Positions 34,026 to 43,725 are shown, counted from the stretch's first letter. The stretch is DNA of 43,779 bases from an uncultured Desulfovibrionaceae bacterium (GCA_964589455.1 CAZPTC010000001.1:1-43779); one strand, 5' to 3'. The notes: generated by a model from the sequence alone, not told the origin. Translations and numbers: made by a program.

Positions 34026-36818
34026 ATGTCACTAAAAAACACCTTGGGGTGGCAGCAAAACCCACTTTTTATTATGGACGGCACAGCCTTTTTGTACCGC
34101 GGGTATTACGCCAACCCCAATATGGCGCGCTCAGACGGTTTTCCCACAGGGGCTTTGTACATTGTGGGCAAAACTATTTTAAAAATTCTGAAAGAAGAAA
34201 AGCCGGAATTTTTTCTTTTTCTTTTAGACGGCAAAGGCCCCAATTTCCGGCACGATATGTTCCCAGCATACAAAGCCAACCGCCCACCAGCCCCAGAAGC
34301 TTTGGTGCAGCAGCTTGAGCCTTTAAAGCGCCTTGTTGCTTCCCTTGGTATACATGTAGAAGTTTCGGATAATTGCGAAGCAGATGACTGCATAGCCGCC
34401 CTTGCCGCCCGCACAAGCCCAGAGCGCCCTGTTGTGATTGTGGGTATGGATAAAGACCTGAAGCAGTGCCTGCAGGAAAATGTGGTGATGTGGTCACCGG
34501 GTTCTGGTGCAAAGCCAGATGCCTTGCTTACCCGCCAGGGCTTTATAGAGGAAACAGGCCTTACCCCTGAACAATGGCCAGATGTGCAGGCTCTCATTGG
34601 CGACAGCAGCGACAATGTACCCGGTGTACCCGGTGTTGGGCAAAAAACAGCAGAAAAGATATTTCTGGAATACCCAAGTTTAGAGGCCATACGCGATAAT
34701 TTTGCCTCCCTTTCCCCCAGCCTCCAAAAGAAGTTTGATGGCCATTTAGAGGCCATGTTTCTTTACCGCCGCCTTACCACGCTGGACACTGCCGCCTGCC
34801 CCCACCTTGCCCTTGCAGACCTCAGCATACAGCCCATGCCGCGCAATGGGGCAGAAGCTTCCACCCTTTTTACAGAATTTGAAATGTCTTCTTTGAAAAA
34901 GGAGCTGGATCGCCTTATTGCTTTGCAGGCAGCGGGTTTACCCCAGCCTCTTGCAGAAAAGCCAAAGAAAGAAAAGAATGTTTCACATGAAACAACGCCC
35001 AAGGCAAAAGCAGAAAACCAAGGCCAGCTCTCCCTATTTGGGGAAAATACAAACCAAGACACCAGCGCTTCAAGCATTACCAGCCAGAAGGATATGGGGG
35101 AAAGCACTTCTCCCAGCGAAACCATTCTTCCACTCAGCACCAGCCCCATGCCCGTACTTGAGCTGCCCCCTGTTCAATGGGCAGACTCTACAAACAGCCT
35201 GCCAGATACCACAGGCAAGCGCGTGGCCTTTGTGCCTAAACTTGTGTGGGAAAAAGCAGAAGAACAGGAACCCAACTTTTCCCTGCTTGTAGAAGGCACA
35301 GAAACAGAAATTCTTTTTTCTGGCACGTATGGACTTAAAGAATACCTTGCAAAAGCCGCAAGCCTTATTGTGCCGGATTCCAAAGCTCTCATACGCGCTG
35401 GCTTTGAAAACATGCCCTATTTTGACCTTGGCCTTGCTGCCTACCTGCTTGCCCCTGAAGACAGAGACTACGGCTGGCCACGCCTTATGGCCATAGAGCA
35501 GGAAAACAGCGGCCTGCCACTCACACATCCCGCGCACATTGCGCTTTCGCTTTGCAAGAGGCAAAAACCCCAGCTTGAAGGCACAGGCCTTTTGCCCCTT
35601 TTGGAAAATATGGAGCAACCCCTTGTATCTGTTCTTGCCCACATGGAAGAAGAGGGTATACTGGTAGATACCGCTTCCCTTACTTCTTACCTTGCAGAAG
35701 TGGAAACAGAGCTTGCCCGCCTTACAGAAAATATTTACCAAGCAGCAGGCGGGCCTTTTAATATCCGCAGTGCCCAGCAAATTGGGGATGTGCTGTACAA
35801 GCGCCTGGGCCTTAAAGCCGCCAAAAATACGGCAACAGTGCAGGCCTCTACAGCCGCCAATGTATTGGAAGAGTTAAGCGGCGCGCACCCCATGGTAGAC
35901 GCGCTTCTCACCTTCCGTAAGCTGGAAAAACTGCGCTCAACCTATTTAGAGCCATTGCCCAGGTATATTGAGGCAGATGGCCGTATACACACACACTTTA
36001 ACCAGTGCGCAACAGCCACAGGCCGCCTTTCTTCAAGTGCCCCTAATTTGCAAAATATTCCCATACGCGGGGAAAATGGCCCCCGTATGCGCGCCTGTTT
36101 TATTGCCAAGCCCGGCTATGCCCTTATAGCGGCAGACTATTCCCAAATAGAATTGCGGGTATTGGCGCATTTTTCCAAAGACCCTAATCTTGTTGAGGCA
36201 TTTAGGAATAATGAAGATATCCACCGCCGTACAGCCGCCCTTCTGCACGATATACCAGCAGAGCAGGTTACCCCTGCCCAGCGCCGCGCAGCCAAAACCA
36301 TAAACTTTGGCCTTATTTATGGCATGGGCGCGCGCAAACTGGCAGCGGATCTTTCTGTGCCTTTTGCAGATGCCAAAGCCTTTATTGAAACCTATTTTGC
36401 CCGCTTTGCCTCCATTAAGGCATTCTTTGATTCTGTGGTAGAAATGGCGCGCACAGAAGGTTTTGTCACCACACTGGCTGGCCGCCGCCGCCCTTTGCCA
36501 GACATGCAGTCCACAAAACCCCAGCTTCGCGCTGCGGCAGAACGTCAGGCAGTGAATACCCTTATACAGGGCAGTGCCGCAGATATTATTAAAACCGCCA
36601 TGCTTGATGCCGCTAAAAATAAAGAGCTGCAAGCCCTTGGTGCAACCATGCTTTTGCAGGTGCATGACGAACTGGTGTTTGAAGTCCCAGAAGCACACGC
36701 TATAGAAGCTGGACGCGTAATTGATCAAATAATGGAAGCCAGTGGCAAGGGGTACAATTTAAGTGTTCCCCTGCTTGTAGACTGGGGGCATGGTAAAACA
36801 TGGGCAGAGGCGCATTAG
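34026..36818 (+). CDS. polA: DNA polymerase I
   Basis: 5'-nuclease domain (GDSSDNVPGVPGVGQKTA), polymerase motifs A (ADYSQIELRVLAH), B (RRAAKTINFGLIYGM) and C (QVHDELVFE). Confidence 0.95.
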   Translation: MSLKNTLGWQQNPLFIMDGTAFLYRGYYANPNMARSDGFPTGALYIVGKTILKILKEEKPEFFLFLLDGKGPNFRHDMFPAYKANRPPAPEALVQQLEPLKRLVASLGIHVEVSDNCEADDCIAALAARTSPERPVVIVGMDKDLKQCLQENVVMWSPGSGAKPDALLTRQGFIEETGLTPEQWPDVQALIGDSSDNVPGVPGVGQKTAEKIFLEYPSLEAIRDNFASLSPSLQKKFDGHLEAMFLYRRLTTLDTAACPHLALADLSIQPMPRNGAEASTLFTEFEMSSLKKELDRLIALQAAGLPQPLAEKPKKEKNVSHETTPKAKAENQGQLSLFGENTNQDTSASSITSQKDMGESTSPSETILPLSTSPMPVLELPPVQWADSTNSLPDTTGKRVAFVPKLVWEKAEEQEPNFSLLVEGTETEILFSGTYGLKEYLAKAASLIVPDSKALIRAGFENMPYFDLGLAAYLLAPEDRDYGWPRLMAIEQENSGLPLTHPAHIALSLCKRQKPQLEGTGLLPLLENMEQPLVSVLAHMEEEGILVDTASLTSYLAEVETELARLTENIYQAAGGPFNIRSAQQIGDVLYKRLGLKAAKNTATVQASTAANVLEELSGAHPMVDALLTFRKLEKLRSTYLEPLPRYIEADGRIHTHFNQCATATGRLSSSAPNLQNIPIRGENGPRMRACFIAKPGYALIAADYSQIELRVLAHFSKDPNLVEAFRNNEDIHRRTAALLHDIPAEQVTPAQRRAAKTINFGLIYGMGARKLAADLSVPFADAKAFIETYFARFASIKAFFDSVVEMARTEGFVTTLAGRRRPLPDMQSTKPQLRAAAERQAVNTLIQGSAADIIKTAMLDAAKNKELQALGATMLLQVHDELVFEVPEAHAIEAGRVIDQIMEASGKGYNLSVPLLVDWGHGKTWAEAH

Positions 36819-36840
36819 CGCATTTTTTCTTCATAGTCGA

Positions 36841-36882
36841 AAAAGCCCTTGTATTGCGCGTTAGCGCAATACAAGGGCTTTT
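36841..36882. terminator. Bidirectional intrinsic terminator between polA and the MFS gene
   Basis: AAAAGCCCTTGTATTGCGC-GTTA-GCGCAATACAAGGGCTTTT, a perfect 19-bp stem. Confidence 0.8.
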
Positions 36883-36904
36883 GCTGCAAGGACTTTGCAA
36901 AAAT

Positions 36905-38242
36905 CTAAAAGTCCACCACTACCTTTTCCATTCTGGCAAGGTCGCGCTTATAGGTGAAAGAAGCACACAAGAACAACACACCACTGATAAGGGAACAAAC
37001 TGCCATAAGGGATATAGCGGTGACTATATCAAAGCGGTCAGACAAAAAGCCCATTAAGGTGGGGCCAACGGCCATACCAAAAATGTTTTGCACCACAATC
37101 ATAATAGAAGCAGCGGAAGCTCTGTGGTGGGGCAAGGAAAGGTCAGCTATTACAGTAAGGCAAGTAAGAGTTGTGGGTCCAAGAAAAAAGCCGTACACCA
37201 TAACCATAATAAGCTGGGCGCCGCTGGCTGGGGTAAAGAATTGGAAGCATAAAAGAATGCCAAAAAAGCCAATAAGGCCGCACAAAGCCACAACTTTAAG
37301 GGTATTGTGCATGCCAATGCGCCTGCGCAGCCAGTCTGCACCTACGCCATAGAGAATCATATACACAAGGGAAATAAGCATGGTAGAGGCAGCAAGGCTT
37401 GCTGCCAGGGAAGGGGTAGCATTAGCAACACGCACAAAGTATGTAGGCAGCCAGTTCATAAGGGCTGTGCTTACAATAACCATGGTTGTCTGCCCAAGAA
37501 CAGCAAATGCAAGGGTAGGTTTGGTGACAAGGTTAAGAAGAATTTTAAGGTAATTAACCTTTTCAGCCTCAAGCTGCACACACTCGCCCTGCACTTCTTC
37601 CACTTTTTTGACGCCTTTAAAGTCTTTTATAAACAGGGCAGTAAAAGCAAGAATAAGGCCGGGAATGGCAAACAAACCAAATGCGTGCTGCCAGCCCCAT
37701 TTAGAGGCAATAAGCGCGCCAACAGCCAAACCAATAGGCGCACCAAGTGTCATACCAATATTAAGGCATGCCAAAATGGTGGCTCTGTATTTTTCCGGGA
37801 ATGAGGCTACAAGTAAACTTTGACCGGCAGGGCCATAACCTGCTTCACCAGCGCCCACAAATAAACGGCAAACCAGCAATTGGGCAAAGGACGTACTAAA
37901 GGCGCACATGGCAGTTGCAAAGCTCCACACAAACGCCATAATGCCCATCATTTTTTTGCGGCTCCACTTATCAATAAAATACGCGGCAGGCAGTGCAAAA
38001 ACCGCCAACCCAATATTAACTATGGAAAGTAAAAGGCCAAGCTGGGTGTCTGACAAGCCAAAGTCTTTTTGCAGATACGGAAGCAGCGCTGTGATAACCT
38101 GCCTGTCTGCCATATCCAATACGCCCAAAAGTAACACAATAAAAAGTGTAAGAAAAGCCGCTTTTTTACCTATTGGCCAAGCATCTTTAGATGGCTCGCA
38201 GGCAAGGTCTTGTTGCGTTGCTGCTGGATTTTTCGTAGCCAT
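36905..38242 (-). CDS. MFS transporter
   Basis: About 12 TM segments and the loop 2-3 motif DKWSRKK. Start taken at MATKNP (38242); the track start is 38272. Confidence 0.85.
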   Translation of the reverse strand: MATKNPAATQQDLACEPSKDAWPIGKKAAFLTLFIVLLLGVLDMADRQVITALLPYLQKDFGLSDTQLGLLLSIVNIGLAVFALPAAYFIDKWSRKKMMGIMAFVWSFATAMCAFSTSFAQLLVCRLFVGAGEAGYGPAGQSLLVASFPEKYRATILACLNIGMTLGAPIGLAVGALIASKWGWQHAFGLFAIPGLILAFTALFIKDFKGVKKVEEVQGECVQLEAEKVNYLKILLNLVTKPTLAFAVLGQTTMVIVSTALMNWLPTYFVRVANATPSLAASLAASTMLISLVYMILYGVGADWLRRRIGMHNTLKVVALCGLIGFFGILLCFQFFTPASGAQLIMVMVYGFFLGPTTLTCLTVIADLSLPHHRASAASIMIVVQNIFGMAVGPTLMGFLSDRFDIVTAISLMAVCSLISGVLFLCASFTYKRDLARMEKVVVDF

Positions 38243-38354
38243 AAAAATCACTCCCGGTTGTAGTTTGTACACGAGAATTCACACAAAAAGACGTGGCTGC
38301 ACCTGCAATTTCTGCTGTGAAAAAGCATTCATCTTGCAGACACAGCCATTAGAG

Positions 38355-40313
38355 CTAATCTTTATTTGGGTTTTCCATTATCTGGTACAATACACTCCCT
38401 TCAGCATCTTTCGGGATAGGCCAGCCTGTCAGGTAGCAAATGGTGGGCACATAGTCCACAATATTGCTTACCCGCTTCATGGCGTAGCCTTTTTTAATGC
38501 CTATTTCAGGGCCATAGAACACGCTTAAGGCACGCATATCGCCCATTTCCCCGTAGGTAGAAGTGGGGAGTATAGAGCCGTGCTGTTCAGAATATTCTGG
38601 CCAAAGGGCGTACACAACGTCGCCGCACTGGTCACCACCCTGACCAATAAGCATGGCTTCTTTCTTAGGCAGAGCAAGAATAAAGGGGCGCTTGCCTGTC
38701 TTGGGGTCTACATAGGTCATAAGGGTATCGATAATTTCGCGCTGCACTTTTTCGTAATCTTCCGGTTCCACAATACCACCTGGATCGCGACCCTTCAGGT
38801 TTACATACACAAAGCACATACGTTGGGGTATAGCCTTGGACTTACTGGCATCAATTTTGGAGGCCATAGTAATAAAGACTTCGCGTATGGCTTCCGGGCA
38901 ACCTTCTATCCAGTCCGGTATGGGGGTTTCCTTTTTAATGGTAAGGCCAGCCTTGCCAAGCACATCAAACATATTGATATGGGGGCCGTCTGGTGTTGCG
39001 CCGTGGTCAGAAATAAGCACAACAAGGGTTTGGTCTGTAAAGAGCTTAAGCATACGGCCAAGGTAGCGGTCTGCCGCAATATACAGGCGGCGGTGCAGAT
39101 TCCACGCTTTATCGTACGCTTCCTTGCTGGTGCAGGTGGCAGTGTTCAGTTCTGCCATAAAAACGTGGTAAAAATAGTCTGTGGGGTGGGCGTGGGTAAA
39201 AAAAAGATCCCAGTCACCACCACCCAGTAACGATTCAACGGTGTCACCCATCCAATCGTAGTGGTTTTCAATATTCTCAAGCCATGTTACTTCGTCTATC
39301 CAACCAAGAGACATACCCGCCATAAGGGTGTTATTGGTGGCGCAGTTATTGCCTTTGTTCATACCCGCGGCTTTTTCCGGTGGGTAGCACCAAAGCTCGC
39401 CATCTTCACTAAGGCCGCTGTTCAAAAAAAGCTTAAAGTTTGTGGCGTCATCATCCATGCCCATAAACTTGCCTTTAAAGCGCACCTTTTTGCTGCCACC
39501 ATCTGCCAGGGGGCAAGTGGCTGTGAAGGCGGGTGTCCATTCACCGGGCTTTACTGTGAAAAATGCGTCTTTAAAGTCTTTGGAGGGAGAAAGGCTGGCG
39601 TATTCATAGCCATTGCCAAGGTCGCGCACCAGCCAATACCAAATGGCTTTGCCCGGCTTGGAAAGGGAAAGGTTAAAGGGGATATCTACCGCGCATTCCA
39701 AAGCATCGTCGCCCATATCCGGGACATTTTGCCAGCCCTGAGCTTTGACAAACTTCACTTTAGCGCAGGTACCTGGGTAGGTTTCCGTAGAAAACATAAT
39801 ATCATCGCAGAAGGTGTACATGGAAGCCACACCTTCAGGAAGCGGTGTTCCAAGAAGCTGGCTGATCAGGTCTTCATCAAGAAAGCAGCCGGGCGTCATG
39901 GATGCGCCACCCACAACTGTGGCACTCGGCACTTTTTTATGCGCGTTGTAGGACATGGGATAGTTAAGAATAACACTCTTTTTGCCCGCTTTTGCGGCAG
40001 CTTCCCAAATGGTTTCTGCTTTGCAGTGGTCAAGGTTTAAACAGGTATGGGTATTGGCGTTTTCTGGCGCAGTGCCTGGTATATGACGCCAAAAGTCGCA
40101 AATCTGGTTGGTGATAGGCCACGCGCCTGTGGCCATACACGTCCAGTTTGGCGGCGTAATAGTGGGGTAGGGCACCAGACAGTTTTCTGCCACTGTGCCA
40201 TTGTCAAAAATCTTTTTAAAGTTAGGCAGCACACCCTCATCAATATGCTTACGCACAAGGGGGGTAAGGGCGCAATCAAAGCCAAGCATGGCTACCTTGT
40301 TTGCTTTTTTCAT
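38355..40313 (-). CDS. Alkaline phosphatase superfamily protein, nucleotide pyrophosphatase/phosphodiesterase (NPP, PF01663-like)
   Basis: GFDCALTP (metal Asp), YPTITPPNWTCMATG (NPP Thr-nucleophile motif P-[ST]-x-T-x-P-N), LISDHGAT. Confidence 0.75.
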   Translation of the reverse strand: MKKANKVAMLGFDCALTPLVRKHIDEGVLPNFKKIFDNGTVAENCLVPYPTITPPNWTCMATGAWPITNQICDFWRHIPGTAPENANTHTCLNLDHCKAETIWEAAAKAGKKSVILNYPMSYNAHKKVPSATVVGGASMTPGCFLDEDLISQLLGTPLPEGVASMYTFCDDIMFSTETYPGTCAKVKFVKAQGWQNVPDMGDDALECAVDIPFNLSLSKPGKAIWYWLVRDLGNGYEYASLSPSKDFKDAFFTVKPGEWTPAFTATCPLADGGSKKVRFKGKFMGMDDDATNFKLFLNSGLSEDGELWCYPPEKAAGMNKGNNCATNNTLMAGMSLGWIDEVTWLENIENHYDWMGDTVESLLGGGDWDLFFTHAHPTDYFYHVFMAELNTATCTSKEAYDKAWNLHRRLYIAADRYLGRMLKLFTDQTLVVLISDHGATPDGPHINMFDVLGKAGLTIKKETPIPDWIEGCPEAIREVFITMASKIDASKSKAIPQRMCFVYVNLKGRDPGGIVEPEDYEKVQREIIDTLMTYVDPKTGKRPFILALPKKEAMLIGQGGDQCGDVVYALWPEYSEQHGSILPTSTYGEMGDMRALSVFYGPEIGIKKGYAMKRVSNIVDYVPTICYLTGWPIPKDAEGSVLYQIMENPNKD

Positions 40314-40334
40314 GTCTACTCCTTAGGTTATGGA

Positions 40335-40366
40335 AATATTGCGGACTCGCTCCAGGCCGCAATATT
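40335..40366 (-). other. Intercistronic hairpin between the sulfatase-like and NPP-like genes
   Basis: AATATTGCGG, 12-nt loop, CCGCAATATT, a perfect 10-bp stem with no convincing U-run. Confidence 0.5.
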
Positions 40367-40382
40367 GTAAGATTTAATACAA

Positions 40383-41954
40383 CTATGATGCCTGAAGTTC
40401 CGCCATGAATGCCTGAAGTTTTTTCAGAAGCTCCAAGGCTTTTTCCGGGTTTTTATCGGCTATGTTATGCAGTTGGAAGGGATCTTTTTTTCTGTCGTAC
40501 AGTTCATCACGCGCGGGAACATCCGCTGTGGAGCTGGGGGTGCATGTCCATTGTGCCTCATCATCAAGGTTGGCTTCCGCCTGATAACGGGCCGCCTGTT
40601 CGTTAATGGGCGCATTTTGCGGGGGCAGACTTTCTGCAGGTACCATAGCCGCCAAGTGACCCATAGTTTCTTCGCCACCTTGCAGAATACCAGCGCAGCT
40701 TTTAGAAATGCTTTCTTCTTCTTCCCGCAGCCAGTGGATAAAACTGTAGTCTTCCGTGATAATAGACCATGAATAGCGGTGGTAACCCGCTATGGCAAAA
40801 TCGCGCACTTTTTCCTTTTCCCCTGTGCAAAGCGGCAAAAGACTTTTGCCTTGCATGGAAGGGTGTACGCCAATGCCCAGCCAGTCTGTAATGGTGGGGG
40901 CTACGTCGCACGATTGCGCAAAACCCTTTACCCGCTTGCCAGCTTCCATACCTGGGGCGCGTATAATAAGGGGTATATGCACCAGCTCTTCATACGGCCA
41001 AGGGCGGCATTTACGCATAATGCCATGCCCATGCTCGCCATGCCCCATAGGTTCGCCGTGGTCTGCCGTAAGCAAAATAAGGGTGTTTTCGTACAGGCCG
41101 GCCTTACGCACAGCATCTAAAAACTTGCCCACATACGTATCGCATAAGGTTACAAGTTCTGCGTACAGCATACGGATATGGTGCAGCTCTGCTTCCGTAA
41201 ACATGCTGGCTTCGCCCACAAGGGGCAAAAACATATCCTTGCCCTTGTAGTCTGGGTCATACATAGACTTACGCTCTGGGTCATAAATAGAAGGCGGGTC
41301 CCAAGGTTCATGGGGGTCAAAGCTATCTACCCACAAAAAGAAAGACTTTGTCCTGTCGTGGCGCTCAATATACTCAATAGCCGCTTCCATAGTGCGGGCA
41401 ACGTGCCTGTCTTCATCGCCACGCCAGTATTGGCGCAAACGCAAAAACGCCTCCACTTCATGCAGCATGGAAGGCACACCGCCAAGGTCATTGGGGTTAT
41501 CAGGGTCCCCTTCTTCAAGCATGTGGTCTTCCACATAGTCACTTACGGCTAAGTGATACAGAGGGTCACATTCATAATAAAACTGGTCTGCCTCATGCCC
41601 GTGCAAAAATATGACCTTGTCAAAACTGCGGGAGAAGCCAAACTTAGGTAAGCGCAAAGGCGCGCTGTCATACACCAGGCAAGTGTCAATGGGTCTGCCC
41701 CAGCAAAGGTCTGCCACTGTAGTATCTTCATGGCTTAAAGCCTTCCAGCCAATACTAGGCAGGGTGTAGCGGCCTGTGAACATAGCACGGCGCACAGGTA
41801 TAGTGGGCAAGCCTTCAGAATAGGCGTTTTCAAATAACACGCCTTCGCGCGCAAGCGCATCAATATTAGGGGTTTTTATCCATGTGTTGCCGTAACAGCC
41901 CAAATAATTGTGCTGTAAACTGTCTAGCATAATGCCAATAGCATTTTTCCGCAT
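40383..41954 (-). CDS. Sulfatase-fold (PF00884-like) hydrolase with Thr in place of the formylglycine Cys/Ser
   Basis: IMLDSL (metal Asp), LPTIPVRRAMFTGRY aligning to C/S-x-P-x-R-x4-TGR, and ADHGEPMGHGEHGHG. Confidence 0.8.
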   Translation of the reverse strand: MRKNAIGIMLDSLQHNYLGCYGNTWIKTPNIDALAREGVLFENAYSEGLPTIPVRRAMFTGRYTLPSIGWKALSHEDTTVADLCWGRPIDTCLVYDSAPLRLPKFGFSRSFDKVIFLHGHEADQFYYECDPLYHLAVSDYVEDHMLEEGDPDNPNDLGGVPSMLHEVEAFLRLRQYWRGDEDRHVARTMEAAIEYIERHDRTKSFFLWVDSFDPHEPWDPPSIYDPERKSMYDPDYKGKDMFLPLVGEASMFTEAELHHIRMLYAELVTLCDTYVGKFLDAVRKAGLYENTLILLTADHGEPMGHGEHGHGIMRKCRPWPYEELVHIPLIIRAPGMEAGKRVKGFAQSCDVAPTITDWLGIGVHPSMQGKSLLPLCTGEKEKVRDFAIAGYHRYSWSIITEDYSFIHWLREEEESISKSCAGILQGGEETMGHLAAMVPAESLPPQNAPINEQAARYQAEANLDDEAQWTCTPSSTADVPARDELYDRKKDPFQLHNIADKNPEKALELLKKLQAFMAELQAS

Positions 41955-41985
41955 CGCAACCTCCTATCTATTTTAGAAAGCAAAT

Positions 41986-42001
41986 TGCGAAAAACGTGCC
42001 A
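41986..42001 (-). promoter_or_regulatory. Sigma-54 (-24/-12) promoter for the sulfatase-like/NPP/MFS operon
   Basis: The minus strand reads TGGCACG-TTTT-TCGCA, 32-47 nt upstream of ATG 41954, whose RBS is AGGAGG. It is divergent from the EBP gene. Confidence 0.7.
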
Positions 42002-42123
42002 CAATTATATTCCATATTAAATAAATATATTATATAAAAAATGCCCCATTTTATCTCTCCGCATATAGTAAGTAGTATCAAAATACGCTATAACTAGTCT
42101 CAACATACAGCACAGGAGGCAAC

Positions 42124-43725
42124 ATGCCTGAATCCTTTCTTACCTCCACACTCTCTTCCACACTTCTTGCCCTTAGCCAGCATGGCGGCTTAGAAACTTC
42201 CATACGCCCCCTTTTCAACTCCTTGCAGGAAAAAATCCCTTTAAATGCCCTGCACCTTTTCCAAATTATGCAGCAGCCTGGCGGACGCCTTTCTTTAGTC
42301 ATACTTGCGTATGTGGACGAATACGGCACTGAGCGTAAGCACCTGCGCTGCGACCTTGTAGATACATTTACCTCCCCTGTGTTGCGCGAAAAATATTTTT
42401 CTCCCACCAGTGACCTGCCTATTATCCACGGTGATCTTTTTTCCGACCCCGTTACTGCCGGTGCCTCGCAAACCCTTTTTCCAGAATATAATTCCTCACT
42501 TTCTCTTTTCCTCATCCAAATGGACAAAACCTACTACTTCCTTTGCGCGTTAGCCCGTAAACCCCACGCCTTTACAGAAAAAGACAGTCTGGTTCTCGCA
42601 AAACTGCAACAACCATGCGCCATGTTTTGTGAAAAATTCACCACCCGCAACCTGGGCCTGCTTACCCCCACAGACATGACCGTACACCACACCACCAGCC
42701 TTTTTTCAGACGATCCCGTGGAAATGCTGCGGGCCTGCAAAGCCATGCCAGAAGTTTTGCGCTTTGCAGAAAAAGCCGCCCAAAGCAAAGCCCCCGTCCT
42801 TATTCTTGGGGAAACAGGGGTTGGCAAAGAAGTAGTGGCAGACGCCATACACGCCCTTTCCAGCCGCAAACACGGCCCCTATATTAAAATCAACTGCGGT
42901 GCCCTTGCCGAACACCTTGTTGACAGCGAACTTTTTGGCCACGAACGCGGCAGCTTTACAGGCGCCTTCAGAGAAACACAAGGCTACTTTGAACAGGCAC
43001 ACGGCGGCACCCTGCTTTTAGACGAAGTAGGCGACTTGCCCCTGCATACCCAAATACGCCTTCTGCGCGTGCTGGACAGGCGCGAAATACAAAAAGTTGG
43101 CGGCGTCATCCATAAAGGGCTGGATATACGCATTATCGCCGCCACAAACGCCAACTTGCCCCAACTTCTTGAAGAAGGCGCTTTCCGCAAAGACCTCTAC
43201 TTCCGCCTCAGCACCCTTATGGTCTCCATACCCCCCCTGCGTAAAAGACGAGAAGATATACCCGTGCTTATCCGTATGCTCTGGGCCAGTAAATCCAAAG
43301 ACTATAACCTTGAAACAGCACCCGAAATACCAGAAAGCGAAATGCTCAAACTTCTGCTGTACCCCTGGCCCGGCAATGTGCGCGAACTTAATGCCGTATT
43401 AGACAGAACCCTGTTAGATTACACCACCAACCATGTACTGCACTTTTCCCTGCAAGAAGCCCCGCGCGTGTTCCGAGGCGTCGCCAACTTGGAAGCAACA
43501 GACCAGACACCCAAAAACTACCCCACCACCCCTTCCCGACATACCAGCCTTATGCCCCTTGACCAAATGCTGGCTGACCATGTGGCAGAAGCGTTGCGCC
43601 GCTGCGGCAAAATAAATGGCCCAGGCGGCGCTGCAGAAATGCTGGGCATACACCCCAGCACCCTCCGCGCCAGAATAAAAAAATTGGGGATACGGAGCGC
43701 GTTGGGGGAGGGAAAACCCTTTTAG
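42124..43725 (+). CDS. Sigma-54-dependent transcriptional activator (EBP) with an N-terminal GAF-like sensory domain and no receiver
   Basis: GETGVGKE Walker A, DSELFGHERGSFTGA, RKRREDIP, C-terminal Fis-type HTH. AGGAGG at 42113-42118. Confidence 0.9.
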   Translation: MPESFLTSTLSSTLLALSQHGGLETSIRPLFNSLQEKIPLNALHLFQIMQQPGGRLSLVILAYVDEYGTERKHLRCDLVDTFTSPVLREKYFSPTSDLPIIHGDLFSDPVTAGASQTLFPEYNSSLSLFLIQMDKTYYFLCALARKPHAFTEKDSLVLAKLQQPCAMFCEKFTTRNLGLLTPTDMTVHHTTSLFSDDPVEMLRACKAMPEVLRFAEKAAQSKAPVLILGETGVGKEVVADAIHALSSRKHGPYIKINCGALAEHLVDSELFGHERGSFTGAFRETQGYFEQAHGGTLLLDEVGDLPLHTQIRLLRVLDRREIQKVGGVIHKGLDIRIIAATNANLPQLLEEGAFRKDLYFRLSTLMVSIPPLRKRREDIPVLIRMLWASKSKDYNLETAPEIPESEMLKLLLYPWPGNVRELNAVLDRTLLDYTTNHVLHFSLQEAPRVFRGVANLEATDQTPKNYPTTPSRHTSLMPLDQMLADHVAEALRRCGKINGPGGAAEMLGIHPSTLRARIKKLGIRSALGEGKPF

